The translations under genes were made by a program, and so were the position numbers. From a virus, in IMG/VR virus record IMGVR_UViG_3300027906_000003, positions 32,001 to 96,000 of that record: a stretch of 64,000 bases of DNA; one strand, 5' to 3'. The notes beneath the pieces were generated by a model, which saw only the letters and a program-made list of their open reading frames with translations, ran no database searches and was not told the DNA's origin. Each line of letters opens with the position of its first letter. The first letter of the stretch is position 1. Positions 11,388 through 20,754 of this stretch are shown here, piece by piece.

Positions 11388-11600
11388 ATGGAAGAGTATG
11401 CACAAGTTGAAGGACATTCTAATCTTTTAAGAGATGAAGAATCTTCTGCAATTGTAAATACAGACATTGAACAATGGAAACTTGCAAAACAAAGAAAATT
11501 GCGTTTTCAAAACCAAGCGAAAGAGATAAATAGTTTAAAGAGTGAAGTTGGTGAAATTAAAAACCTACTTAACGATATATTAGGAAAGTTAAATGGCTAA
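11388..11600 (+). CDS. Small coiled-coil protein typically following VrlC-like gene
   Basis: VEGHSNLLRD..S.AIVN motif and C-terminal heptads; overlaps the next start. Confidence 0.7.
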   Translation: MEEYAQVEGHSNLLRDEESSAIVNTDIEQWKLAKQRKLRFQNQAKEINSLKSEVGEIKNLLNDILGKLNG

Positions 11601-13071
11601 AACCGTAGATAATTACAGCACAATAAACGAATTCAGAGAGAGATATAATGAACTTGCCACAGATGTAGGTGAGGTTTCAGGATTAAGACCTGCGTTAGGA
11701 GAAAATCTTGTTGATGCCGTTAACGCAGTAGAAGATAAAGCATTCTATTTTGGAAAGTATAGATATGTTGCAACTGCAGGACAACAAACATTCACAGGTG
11801 CAGATGCAAATGGAAACACTCTTAAATATAAAGGAAATAGAGTTCAAGTATTTAAGAATGGTTCGTTATTAGAAGAACAAACTGATTGGCAGGTTGGTGG
11901 ACTTGCAGGTGCTTTCTATTATGACATACAATTGATATCGGCGGCAAGTGCTAATGATTTAATACAAATCTATGCTTACACAGGTTCTTTTGAAGGAACT
12001 GCTACATCAACTGCAATACTTTCATTCTTTACAGAAACATTACAGAACACAATCTATAACACAAATTCAAATGGTGTTATACTTCAAGGAGATAATTCAT
12101 CTCCTACAACAACCTTACAAGGTGGATATACTTTACAACTTGCAGGTAAAACTTATGCAGAAGATGACCTAACACTTGCAACAGGTAAACTATTAACTGC
12201 ACCTACTATGACTGATGGCACTTTATCAATCGATAATGGTAACATAACAGCTGCGGTCAATGGAACATTCTCAGCACAAGTTCAAGCAGAACACTTAAAA
12301 TCAACAGATGATTTAGAAGTAGCCGAAGATGCAACAATTGGTGGTGACTTAGGAGTCACTGGAACTGCAACAGTAGGAACTTTGTCATCAGGTGGTATAA
12401 CAGGAACAACTGCAAGTTTTACAGGAAATGTAGACTTAGGAAGTGATGCAAATGATACAGTATCAATTCTTGGTGTTGTAGATACAAATATAATGCCTAA
12501 TTCAGATAATACTAGAACATTAGGTTCTTCTACAAAGAGATTTCAGAGTTTACATGCAACAACTATTACTGCAACAACATTAAATGGTGAACTAGTAGGT
12601 AATGTAAAAGGTGATATCCTTAAAGATGACGGAACCAAAATTTTAGAAAACTCAACAGGTGCGTTGACTGGTACCGTTTCTAGTGTTTCAAATCATGCAG
12701 CGTCAGGATTATCAGATATTAATTATACATCATCACCAGCTGCTGGTCAAGTCTTAGCATGGGATGCCTCAAACAATTATTGGGAACCTGTTAACCCTAC
12801 AAATACAACAGACTCAGTATCAGAGGGTTCAAACAATTATTACTTTACAGATGATAGGGTCAATGCAATCATTAATGCTAATGCAGGTTTAGCCAAATCA
12901 TATGCTACCAACACAGGAAATTCTTTGGATGGTGACATAAATATTAGTGTTAACACCGCAGAAGGAGTCAAAATTGATGGTGATAATGTGGTGATGGACA
13001 AAACAATAGTAAGTTCAGCTCCTTCTGGAGTTGGGTCGACATCATCAGGTCACTTATGGTTTGTAGTATAA
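11593..13071 (+). CDS. Tail fibre / whisker-like structural protein
   Basis: Gly/Thr-rich beta repeats, GQVLAWD and TDSVSEGSNNYYFT fibre motifs; ends in ...GHLWFVV. Confidence 0.65.
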   Translation: MAKTVDNYSTINEFRERYNELATDVGEVSGLRPALGENLVDAVNAVEDKAFYFGKYRYVATAGQQTFTGADANGNTLKYKGNRVQVFKNGSLLEEQTDWQVGGLAGAFYYDIQLISAASANDLIQIYAYTGSFEGTATSTAILSFFTETLQNTIYNTNSNGVILQGDNSSPTTTLQGGYTLQLAGKTYAEDDLTLATGKLLTAPTMTDGTLSIDNGNITAAVNGTFSAQVQAEHLKSTDDLEVAEDATIGGDLGVTGTATVGTLSSGGITGTTASFTGNVDLGSDANDTVSILGVVDTNIMPNSDNTRTLGSSTKRFQSLHATTITATTLNGELVGNVKGDILKDDGTKILENSTGALTGTVSSVSNHAASGLSDINYTSSPAAGQVLAWDASNNYWEPVNPTNTTDSVSEGSNNYYFTDDRVNAIINANAGLAKSYATNTGNSLDGDINISVNTAEGVKIDGDNVVMDKTIVSSAPSGVGSTSSGHLWFVV

Positions 13072-13074
13072 ATT

Positions 13075-14469
13075 ATGTCAGAGAAAATTTATGTAAATAC
13101 TGGTTCGACCTTTCAACAACCATTTAATGATAGGTCACCTAAGAATGCTCAGCAACCTTATATAGCTAATGCTCAGACTCCCTATATAGCTAATTCACAA
13201 ACACCCTTTACATATTCAAATAGACAACCTGCAAAGTATCAGAATCCAACTGATGCTCAGCAACCTTATATAGCTAATGCACAACAGTCGTATCCATATA
13301 TTGCTAATGCAAGACAACCTTACATAGCTAACGCACAACAACCTTATCCATATCAGGCAAATAGTCAGAATCCTTATATTGCGAATGCAAGGCAACCTGC
13401 GAAGTATCAACATCCGACATCTTCTCAGACTCCTTACATAGCTAATGCACAGACACCGTATCCTGCTAATGCAAGACAACCTAGTGATTATCAAACACCT
13501 TATATTGCAAATTATCAAACAGCGTATCCTGCAAATGCGAGACAACCTGTAGATGCTCAACAACCTAGTAATAGTCAAACACCATATCCTGCAAATGCTA
13601 GGCAACCTGCAAAATATAGAAACCCATTTACATATAATGCGAGGACTCCAGCATCTTCACAAACTCCTGTAACCTATGATGTGTGGGGTGGGGGAAATGC
13701 TCAATCAACATCACAATTAGAAACCACAACTGATGTGTCAGCACCTATGGCACCCTTTTCACAAACGCCTACTTTTAATTACCAGACTGTAGGTCAACCA
13801 ACATCAATTCATTGGGGTCCAGGTTCAACACATATAAAAAATAGTCCAAATTCATCATATGCTCCAACAACTGCACCTATGATTTGGAGTACCCAGCAAT
13901 ATAACACTTATAATTACAGTTTCGGTTCTTGTTGGGCTCAGTTCTTTATTGGTTATGAATCTAGTTCAGGCAAAGTTTACTACGGTTATGGTGCGGGTAA
14001 TTCTCAATTCGGAGGCACAAGTGTTGGCACCTCTGGTAATAGAGTATATTTACCTTTAACTGAATTAAGTAATAATAATGTTATTGATAGTTCTTGGTCA
14101 ATATCAGTCAAATATACAGTTCAATCACAAAGTATAGTTCAAGGTGGTACATCTTCTCAACATCCAGCTAGTCCGAGTTATGGTACAGGTTTAGCTGCTG
14201 GAACATATGTAAACATATGGGATGGTTCTTCTGTTCAAAGTAGTGGCATTGAAACATTCATGTGGGAGGCGGTATCATCATCTAACCCAGGAAATGGAGA
14301 TGCAAGGGTTTCTGCAAGTGGTGTAGTATTTACAGTTAAGGCACATAAGACTGGTCAAACATCATACTATACACATTATATTGTAGCACAACATGGAGCT
14401 GGTACCAGCTCACCTTTTGGTGAAATATATTTGAGGTCACTCTATGGTAATAACCATGCACCAGTATAA
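13075..14469 (+). CDS. Pro/Tyr/Gln repeat protein A1 (YIAN-type stalk plus C-terminal globular, putative adhesin domain)
   Basis: aa 16-197 are PYIANxQx-type repeats, followed by about 265 aa of non-repetitive aromatic/Ser/Gly-rich sequence. Confidence 0.75.
   Translation: MSEKIYVNTGSTFQQPFNDRSPKNAQQPYIANAQTPYIANSQTPFTYSNRQPAKYQNPTDAQQPYIANAQQSYPYIANARQPYIANAQQPYPYQANSQNPYIANARQPAKYQHPTSSQTPYIANAQTPYPANARQPSDYQTPYIANYQTAYPANARQPVDAQQPSNSQTPYPANARQPAKYRNPFTYNARTPASSQTPVTYDVWGGGNAQSTSQLETTTDVSAPMAPFSQTPTFNYQTVGQPTSIHWGPGSTHIKNSPNSSYAPTTAPMIWSTQQYNTYNYSFGSCWAQFFIGYESSSGKVYYGYGAGNSQFGGTSVGTSGNRVYLPLTELSNNNVIDSSWSISVKYTVQSQSIVQGGTSSQHPASPSYGTGLAAGTYVNIWDGSSVQSSGIETFMWEAVSSSNPGNGDARVSASGVVFTVKAHKTGQTSYYTHYIVAQHGAGTSSPFGEIYLRSLYGNNHAPV
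13120..13665 (+). repeat. Coding tandem repeat, 25 units of 6/8/10 aa (YIAN type)
   Basis: Parsed by hand from the translation; nearly all units begin with Pro. Confidence 0.9.
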
Positions 14470-14483
14470 GGAGATGAGAAGAT

Positions 14484-15200
14484 ATGCCTACAGTTAGTCA
14501 ACCAGTCATAATTCAGCAACCTTATATTGCAAGTGGTCAATCGCCGGTCGATTATAGAGTTCCGTTTACATATCAGGCAAGACAACCTGGAACATATAGA
14601 CACCCCTTTACATATCAAGTTCCGTTTACATATCAGGCAAGACAACCTGGAACATATGATGCAAGGCAACCTGCAAAGTATCAACACCCATTTATATATC
14701 AGGCACGACAGCCTTCTACATATCAGGCAAGACAACCTGCTATATACAGACATCCGGCAGATTATCAAACACCATTTACATATGCTCGTAGACAACCGGC
14801 AACATATGCAAGACAAGGTCAAACTCCGTTTACATATCAAGCAAGAACACCTTTCACATATGATAGACAAGGTCAAACACCATTTACATATCAGGCAAGA
14901 AGTCCGTTTACATACAGAAATCCAACAGACTATCAGACACCTTATATTGCAGATGCAAGACAACCTGGAACATATTCTAATAGACAACCATCCACTTATC
15001 AGAATAGACAACCATTCACATATCAACTTTCGGTTCCAAGCACAAGACCAATAGGTCCTTTGGCAAAAGCAAAACAAGTTTGGGTAAATGATAACGGAAC
15101 TTTAAAAAAGGCAAGTAGTGTATATGTAAATGATGGTGGAACGGCTAAAAAGATACATCAAACACAACCTACAGCACAATTAACAGAACCTAATACCTAG
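14484..15200 (+). CDS. Pro/Tyr/Gln repeat protein B1 (PFTY-type; mirror partner of A1)
   Basis: PFTYQARQ/PGTY repeats; C-terminal VWVNDNG and VYVNDGG motifs; AAGGAG SD upstream. Confidence 0.75.
   Translation: MPTVSQPVIIQQPYIASGQSPVDYRVPFTYQARQPGTYRHPFTYQVPFTYQARQPGTYDARQPAKYQHPFIYQARQPSTYQARQPAIYRHPADYQTPFTYARRQPATYARQGQTPFTYQARTPFTYDRQGQTPFTYQARSPFTYRNPTDYQTPYIADARQPGTYSNRQPSTYQNRQPFTYQLSVPSTRPIGPLAKAKQVWVNDNGTLKKASSVYVNDGGTAKKIHQTQPTAQLTEPNT
14502..15047 (+). repeat. Coding tandem repeat, 25 units of 6/8/10 aa (xTY type)
   Basis: Unit lengths are the reverse of those in 13120-13665. Confidence 0.9.
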
Positions 15201-15213
15201 AGTTCTTTTTTCG

Positions 15214-15221
15214 TATAAATA
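15214..15221 (+). promoter_or_regulatory. T4-type late promoter TATAAATA
   Basis: Exact consensus, 5 nt before ATG 15227. Confidence 0.8.
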
Positions 15222-15226
15222 GTTAT

Positions 15227-15562
15227 ATGGCTATTATCGCAAACTTATATATTGACCAAGGAACAGACTTCACAATTACAGTTGATGTCACAGACGCTGC
15301 TGGAGATGTTCTTAATTTGACTAACTATTCTGCGCTTGCACAAGTAAGAAAAACATATAGTTCTTCTAGTGCTTCAGTAGCATTTACTACTTCGATATCA
15401 GCAGCTCAAGGTCAAGTCACATTAAGTCTAAATGATACACAAACAAAAGCTTTAGAAGCAGGTCGATATGTTTACGATTTAAATATCACAAGTGCTGGTG
15501 GGATAACTACTAGAGTTGTCGAAGGACAAGCAATAGTGACACCAGGAGTAAGTCGGAGTTAA
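15227..15562 (+). CDS. Small Ig-like structural/adaptor protein (BppU-N-like)
   Basis: NLYIDQGTDF...GRYVYDL...TRVVEG..VTPGV pattern common in phage structural modules. Confidence 0.65.
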   Translation: MAIIANLYIDQGTDFTITVDVTDAAGDVLNLTNYSALAQVRKTYSSSSASVAFTTSISAAQGQVTLSLNDTQTKALEAGRYVYDLNITSAGGITTRVVEGQAIVTPGVSRS

Positions 15563-15564
15563 TT

Positions 15565-15807
15565 ATGTCGAACATTAAAGGAACAGTTTCAAGAGTTGTA
15601 GGTATCTCAGGTAGAGTTGGAGGCACAGGAAACATTCGTGCTAAACAAGTCCAAGTTGGTTCAGGTGGAGGTGCAGACTTATCAGCAAAATCTATAAATG
15701 AACTTGCAGATGTTAATGCAACTGAAACAGATGATGGTCTTCTTTCATATGACCAAGCATCAGATAAATGGACAACCACTACTACGATAGACGGCGGAAC
15801 ATTTTAA
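15565..15807 (+). CDS. Small fibre-associated protein ending in DGGTF
   Basis: LADVN...DGLLSYD....KW fibre motif; C-terminus TIDGGTF. Confidence 0.65.
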   Translation: MSNIKGTVSRVVGISGRVGGTGNIRAKQVQVGSGGGADLSAKSINELADVNATETDDGLLSYDQASDKWTTTTTIDGGTF

Positions 15808-15823
15808 AAAGTTTTAATATATT

Positions 15824-16687
15824 ATGGATGAATGGTCACCTTTGCGTGAAATCATTGTAGGCACACTTCAAGGTTTCGAAGAACATAATCACTATTCATC
15901 ATATCATTCCTCAAATAAATTCATTAAATCATTATATGATGAAGCAGAAGAGGGTCTACAAACATTTCAAAAACTATTAGAGAAAGAGGGTGTAATTGTT
16001 CATCGTCCTCGTGGTTTTTGTTATAATGTAAGAGATTGTGCTGTAGTATTAGGTGATACTATTGTTGAGGGTTCTATGAGATATGAAGAAGAGTATCTTT
16101 GGTTGGAATCTTTAAGACCAATATTCTTAGAAAGTGATTTAAATTATTTGATAGGTCCTAAACCCACATGGAAAAATGACGAACCCATATTTGATGGTGC
16201 AAATCTTTGTAAACTAGGAGATAGTGTTCTAATTGCAATTAATGAAACTGCAAATGATAAAGGAAAAATGTGGTTAGAGAAAACATTTCCAAATATAAAC
16301 TTCAATTCAATAAATCTAAAAGAAGATGTATCTCATATAGATACAACTATAGTTCCTATATCTTCTAATACTGTTTTATTAAACTCAAATAGATTAGACG
16401 AAGATACACTTCCATCTGTATTGAATGATTGGAATAAAATATGGGTTAAAGAAGAAGATTTAGTAGATGAAGCTAAAATGTTTGGATTTAAATATGGTGC
16501 AAGTAAGTGGATAGGTATGAATACTCTTTCTCTTAATGAGAATACACTATTCATTAGTGAAGGACAAGTAAAACTTATAGACATATTAGAGAGTAAGAAC
16601 TTTAATTGTATACCTGTTCCTTTAAGATATACCAGAGAACTTTGTGGTGGTTTACATTGTTGCACTTTAGACCTGGTTAGAGAATAG
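15824..16687 (+). CDS. Amidinotransferase (glycine/inosamine-phosphate amidinotransferase family)
   Basis: DEWSPLREIIVG, RD, FDGAN, HIDTT and GGLHCCTLDL motifs supply the Asp-His-Cys catalytic set of the pentein fold. Confidence 0.85.
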   Translation: MDEWSPLREIIVGTLQGFEEHNHYSSYHSSNKFIKSLYDEAEEGLQTFQKLLEKEGVIVHRPRGFCYNVRDCAVVLGDTIVEGSMRYEEEYLWLESLRPIFLESDLNYLIGPKPTWKNDEPIFDGANLCKLGDSVLIAINETANDKGKMWLEKTFPNINFNSINLKEDVSHIDTTIVPISSNTVLLNSNRLDEDTLPSVLNDWNKIWVKEEDLVDEAKMFGFKYGASKWIGMNTLSLNENTLFISEGQVKLIDILESKNFNCIPVPLRYTRELCGGLHCCTLDLVRE

Positions 16688-16693
16688 GATTTG

Positions 16694-16701
16694 TATAAAT
16701 A
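16694..16701 (+). promoter_or_regulatory. T4-type late promoter TATAAATA
   Basis: Exact consensus upstream of a long structured leader. Confidence 0.8.
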
Positions 16702-16715
16702 CTAATACAATCAAT

Positions 16716-16791
16716 GTGCCATTCAGTGAGGCACGAACCTCATAGTGAGAGGATAGCATATATGATTTCAATCTAGGGATAGTGAACTAGA
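16716..16791 (+). ncRNA. Candidate cis-regulatory RNA: three hairpins with AGUGA loops
   Basis: GTGCC-attcAGTGA-GGCAC; CCTC-atAGTGA-GAGG; TCTAG-ggatAGTGAa-CTAGA. Confidence 0.55.
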
Positions 16792-16835
16792 ATTTTGCAA
16801 AATTTTATTAAATATATTTTCTTTAGGAGAGAAAA

Positions 16836-18476
16836 ATGGCAACAGTAATTCAAATCAAACGAAGCACAGGAGTATCCGCACCAGCAGTCTCAGACTTAGC
16901 TGAAGGCGAATTAGCTTATGTGCAGGATAGGTCGAATTCAGGTGCTGGTGCTAAACTATACATCGAATCAGTAGATTCTGATAACTCTACTCCATTAATT
17001 CAAGCAATTGGTGGTAAGTATTATACAGATATCTTAGCTGGTTCAGCTGCGACTCCTGCCAACTTTAAAGTTGGTAATGGTTCAACAGCAGGTGCAAGTT
17101 TACAACTATTAGAAGACAGTGACAACGGAACACATTTCGTTGGATTAAAAGCTGCCGATACAATAGCTTCATCAGTTACCTTTACACTTCCAGCTGCCGA
17201 CGGTTCTGCTAACCAAGTGTTAGGAACAGACGGCTCAGGAACACTTTCGTTCTTATCAACAACATCTACGCTCGCAGGTGCAAGTGATACTAATATCACA
17301 ACACCAGCTGATGCGTCAATGCTTTTATATGACACAGGAACATCGAAATGGATAGACAATGTTATGTCCGGCGATGCTACTATGACAGATGGTGGTGTTT
17401 TAACAATCGCAAACGATGCCGTTGAACAGGCTATGATTGCAGACGACGCTGTTGGTGCAGACCAACTTGCGGCTTCAGCAGTTGTATTTGGTTCATTAGC
17501 AGGTGCGATGGTACAAACATCAGGTGAATCATTTAGTGATGACGATGTCTCATTAATGACTTCAGCTGCAATCTTGGACAAAATCCAAGCAACTGCAACA
17601 CTAGAAGACTTAGATGTCGCTGGTGATTCAGGAACAGGTGCAGTAGATTTAGACTCACAATCATTAACAATCGCTGGTACAGCGAACGAGATTGAAACAT
17701 CTGCTAGTGGACAAACTATAACAGTTGGTCTTCCTAACAATGTGACAGTCGCAAACAATTTAACCGTTTCAGGAAACTTAATATCAGACGATATTACAAC
17801 TGCAACTTTAACAACATCTGGTAACTTAACAGTCACAGGAAACTTGGCCGTTAACGGAACTACAACTACAGTAAACTCAACAACAGTAAATATTGCTGAC
17901 CCTGTATTTGAAATTGGTGACGATTCATCAGATGACAACCTAGACAGAGGTATTAAATTTAAATACAACTCTGGTGGTGCAAAGATTGGTTTCTTCGGAA
18001 TGGATGATACTGACGGTTCTTTTGTTGCTCTATCAAGTGCAACAGATAGTTCATCAGTATTCTCTGGAACTGCAATGGCAGGTAAATTCGGCAACTTAAC
18101 AGCTGCTGGTTTAGCAATGTCAGGAAGTATTTCTTCTTATGCAGGTTCAGCTCCAACAGATGGACAGTTATTAATAGGTGATACAGCTTCAGGAATAATG
18201 GACGCTGCTACTCTTACTGCTGGTGATGGTATTGACATCACTAACGGTGCAGGTGCAATTACGATTGCTACCGAAGTGGGTACTGCTTCTAACTTAGGTT
18301 CTGTAATTATCGCAGTTGGGGAAGGCATGGATGTGGCTTACTCAGGTGGTACTGCTACTCTTTCAGGAGAGGATGCAACTACAACCAATAAAGGTATTGC
18401 AAGTTTTGCTACAGCAAACTTTACAGTATCAAGTGGTGCGGTTTCTATCACAGGTATCGATGGCGGTACATTTTAA
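16836..18476 (+). CDS. Major fibre/filament subunit (IQIKRS N-domain, DGGTF C-terminus)
   Basis: MATVIQIKRS...LAEGELA N-terminus, GNLTVTGNLAVNGTTTTVNST fibre motif, strong AGGAG SD. Confidence 0.7.
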   Translation: MATVIQIKRSTGVSAPAVSDLAEGELAYVQDRSNSGAGAKLYIESVDSDNSTPLIQAIGGKYYTDILAGSAATPANFKVGNGSTAGASLQLLEDSDNGTHFVGLKAADTIASSVTFTLPAADGSANQVLGTDGSGTLSFLSTTSTLAGASDTNITTPADASMLLYDTGTSKWIDNVMSGDATMTDGGVLTIANDAVEQAMIADDAVGADQLAASAVVFGSLAGAMVQTSGESFSDDDVSLMTSAAILDKIQATATLEDLDVAGDSGTGAVDLDSQSLTIAGTANEIETSASGQTITVGLPNNVTVANNLTVSGNLISDDITTATLTTSGNLTVTGNLAVNGTTTTVNSTTVNIADPVFEIGDDSSDDNLDRGIKFKYNSGGAKIGFFGMDDTDGSFVALSSATDSSSVFSGTAMAGKFGNLTAAGLAMSGSISSYAGSAPTDGQLLIGDTASGIMDAATLTAGDGIDITNGAGAITIATEVGTASNLGSVIIAVGEGMDVAYSGGTATLSGEDATTTNKGIASFATANFTVSSGAVSITGIDGGTF

Positions 18477-18503
18477 TAACGCTTAATCTAACGGAGAATT
18501 CAG

Positions 18504-19331
18504 ATGGCAACAGTAATACAATTCAAAAGAAGTTCTACTCAGAATAGTGTTCCTGCTACTAGTGATTTAGCACTAGGTGAATTAGCAGTCAACACTTACC
18601 ACGGTAGATTCTATACTGAAAAGAACGATGGTTCTGCTTCAGTTGTAGAAGTTGGGTCTAACCCAGCATCTCTTACTGTTAACGACGCATTCTCATTCCC
18701 AACTGCTGACGGTTCTTCGAATCAGGTCTTAAAGACTAATGGTTCAGGAACTTTAGCGTGGTCAGACCAACCAAGTTCAGGCATGGTAGTATTTACATAT
18801 ACAATGTCTGGCACTACAACATCAATCACAGGTAATGATGATAGTTCAAACTCATTATCATATACAAGTGGTTCAGAATCAGTATACATCAACGGTGTTA
18901 AATTAGTTGGAGGTGGTGCAGACTATACTGCAACTAGCTCAACAGTTATAACACTTGCTGAGAATGCTGTATCTGGTGATGTTGTTCAGGTTGTTGCAAT
19001 AACAGCGGCTAGTAATCTAGTCCAAGGTTTCTTCACAACAGGAAGCTTTACAGCTACTACTGCAGACCAGGTCTTATCATCAAACGCAGTTGCGAACAAG
19101 GCAGTTAAGTATGTTATTAACGCCACACACGCGTCAGCAGGAACTCACGCAGCTGAGGTCCTACTGATTAATAATGGTACAAATTCATATTTTGTGCAAT
19201 ACGGTGATGTTTATTCATCATCTTCATTGTTTACTTTGAGTTCAGATATTGATTCAGGAAACATGAGATTACTCGTGACTCCTGCCAATACTAACACAAC
19301 GATAGACACTTTCCAAATTAGACATAGTTAA
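18504..19331 (+). CDS. Fibre subunit (IQFKRS N-domain, C-terminal beta-sandwich)
   Basis: N-terminus paralogous to 16836; C-domain paralogous to 19342 and 19844. Confidence 0.7.
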   Translation: MATVIQFKRSSTQNSVPATSDLALGELAVNTYHGRFYTEKNDGSASVVEVGSNPASLTVNDAFSFPTADGSSNQVLKTNGSGTLAWSDQPSSGMVVFTYTMSGTTTSITGNDDSSNSLSYTSGSESVYINGVKLVGGGADYTATSSTVITLAENAVSGDVVQVVAITAASNLVQGFFTTGSFTATTADQVLSSNAVANKAVKYVINATHASAGTHAAEVLLINNGTNSYFVQYGDVYSSSSLFTLSSDIDSGNMRLLVTPANTNTTIDTFQIRHS

Positions 19332-19341
19332 GGAGTAGAAA

Positions 19342-19752
19342 ATGGCTAAAACAAACGCATTTAAAATCGCTGAGTTAATAAGAGTTTTCTCTTATGATTC
19401 ATCTGCTGATGTTATCACTACTTCTAAGGAACTAGATACTAAACATAGAACTTCAAGTTCTTTGACAACAACTGCAACTACAGAGGTAAATTTAGATACC
19501 TTTGCTCATGCTTCTTATAGAGCAGCGAGATACATTGTGGCAATGTCAAAGGGTTCTGATTTCCATTCTACAGAGATAGTATTAGTTCATGACGGAAGTG
19601 CGGTGACAATGACTCAGTATGGCACACTCAAATCGGCCACTTTGGCATCATTTGATTCAGATATTTCTGGTTCAGATGCACGATTGAGGGTAACTCCAGC
19701 GTCAAGCAGTTCTACGGTTATTAATATTCATAGAGTATTAGTTTCAGCGTAA
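19342..19752 (+). CDS. Small structural protein (YRAARY...VHDG...TQYG domain)
   Basis: Paralogous to the C-domains of 18504 and 19844; AAGGAG SD. Confidence 0.65.
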   Translation: MAKTNAFKIAELIRVFSYDSSADVITTSKELDTKHRTSSSLTTTATTEVNLDTFAHASYRAARYIVAMSKGSDFHSTEIVLVHDGSAVTMTQYGTLKSATLASFDSDISGSDARLRVTPASSSSTVINIHRVLVSA

Positions 19753-19771
19753 GACTTCTTTATATTATTCG

Positions 19772-19798
19772 AAAGGGGAACTTAGTTCCCCTTTTTTT
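19772..19798 (+). terminator. Rho-independent terminator
   Basis: AAAGGGGAAC-TTA-GTTCCCC followed by a T run. Confidence 0.85.
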
Positions 19799-19811
19799 GG
19801 TCTACAAATCT

Positions 19812-19819
19812 TATAAATA
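19812..19819 (+). promoter_or_regulatory. T4-type late promoter TATAAATA
   Basis: Exact consensus just after the terminator. Confidence 0.8.
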
Positions 19820-19843
19820 GTATAACACAAGAGATTCTTTTAT

Positions 19844-20680
19844 ATGGCAACAAAATCTAAATTTTATGCAGACTTAGGATTAGAATCAGCAAGTAATTTG
19901 CAAGTTGATGGTAATGCAACCATTACAGGTAATTTAACTGTAAACGGAACAACCGTGACAGTTAATAGTGCCACAACTTCTGTTGCTGATTCAATGTTAG
20001 AACTTGCAAACGGCAATACATCGTCAGATACACTAGACATTGGGTTCTACGGAAACTATAATGACGGTATTGGTAGTGAAAGTGGTGTTTCAGAATATAC
20101 AGGACTCTTTAGAGATGCAAGTGATTCAACATGGAAACTATTTGATGGTTTAGAAGTAGAACCAACTTCAACTGTTAATGTTTCAGGAACAAATTATGCA
20201 CTTGCAGACATGCAGGTAGGTGACTTGACAGCAACAACTCTTACTGCAACAAACAGTATTACAGGTGCTTCGATAGTCTTTCCAACCAGTGACGGAACTA
20301 GTGGACAAGCTATTGTGACTAATGGTTCAGGAACTTTATCATTTGAGACCGTCTCAGGTGGTTTAGATGGTGGAACATTGACAACAACTTCAACTTCTGA
20401 AACTACAATGGATAGTTTTGTAATATCAACATATAGAAGTGGAAAATACCAAATCTCAATATCAGATTCAACTAGTGGAGATTATCAACAAACAGAAATC
20501 TCAGTAGTTCATGACGGAACGAGTGCCTACTTTACCCAATACGGAACGATAACAACAGATACAAGTGAATTGGCAACATTTGGAGTTGATATAAATATCA
20601 ATACCTTACGAATCAGGATAACTCCTGCTTCATCTAATTCAACTGTATTTAAATTTAAGAAAATACTTGTAGATATTTAA
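19844..20680 (+). CDS. Fibre subunit
   Basis: GNLTVNGTTVTVNS motif, FRDASD..WKLF, C-terminal YRSGKY...VVHDG...TQYG domain. Confidence 0.7.
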   Translation: MATKSKFYADLGLESASNLQVDGNATITGNLTVNGTTVTVNSATTSVADSMLELANGNTSSDTLDIGFYGNYNDGIGSESGVSEYTGLFRDASDSTWKLFDGLEVEPTSTVNVSGTNYALADMQVGDLTATTLTATNSITGASIVFPTSDGTSGQAIVTNGSGTLSFETVSGGLDGGTLTTTSTSETTMDSFVISTYRSGKYQISISDSTSGDYQQTEISVVHDGTSAYFTQYGTITTDTSELATFGVDININTLRIRITPASSNSTVFKFKKILVDI

Positions 20681-20710
20681 ATTTAGTCCGTGCCGAGAGG
20701 ACACAACTAT

Positions 20711-20718
20711 TATAAATA
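20711..20718 (+). promoter_or_regulatory. T4-type late promoter TATAAATA
   Basis: Exact consensus in an intergenic gap. Confidence 0.75.
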
Positions 20719-20754
20719 TCTGTATACTAACACATTCTAAACTAGGACAGATAT

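Noticed and set aside
14467-14486. A and B as one protein via stop readthrough
   Set aside because: B is out of frame with A in both pairs (different offsets) and each B gene has its own SD.
13120-15047. A/B mirror symmetry explained as a DNA inverted repeat or antisense coding
   Set aside because: The reverse complement of A-type codons does not give B-type sequence; antisense frames read as Cys/Ile/Arg-rich junk. The symmetry exists only in the protein unit pattern.
16721-16729. Iron-responsive element (CAGUGA loop)
   Set aside because: Only the first hairpin has CAGUGA, the loop is larger than six nt and there is no bulged C; the shared motif is AGUGA.
17021-18094. 357-aa minus-strand ORF
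   Set aside because: Antisense shadow of an Ala/Thr/Gly/Ser-rich gene with biased codons; no motif or expression signals.
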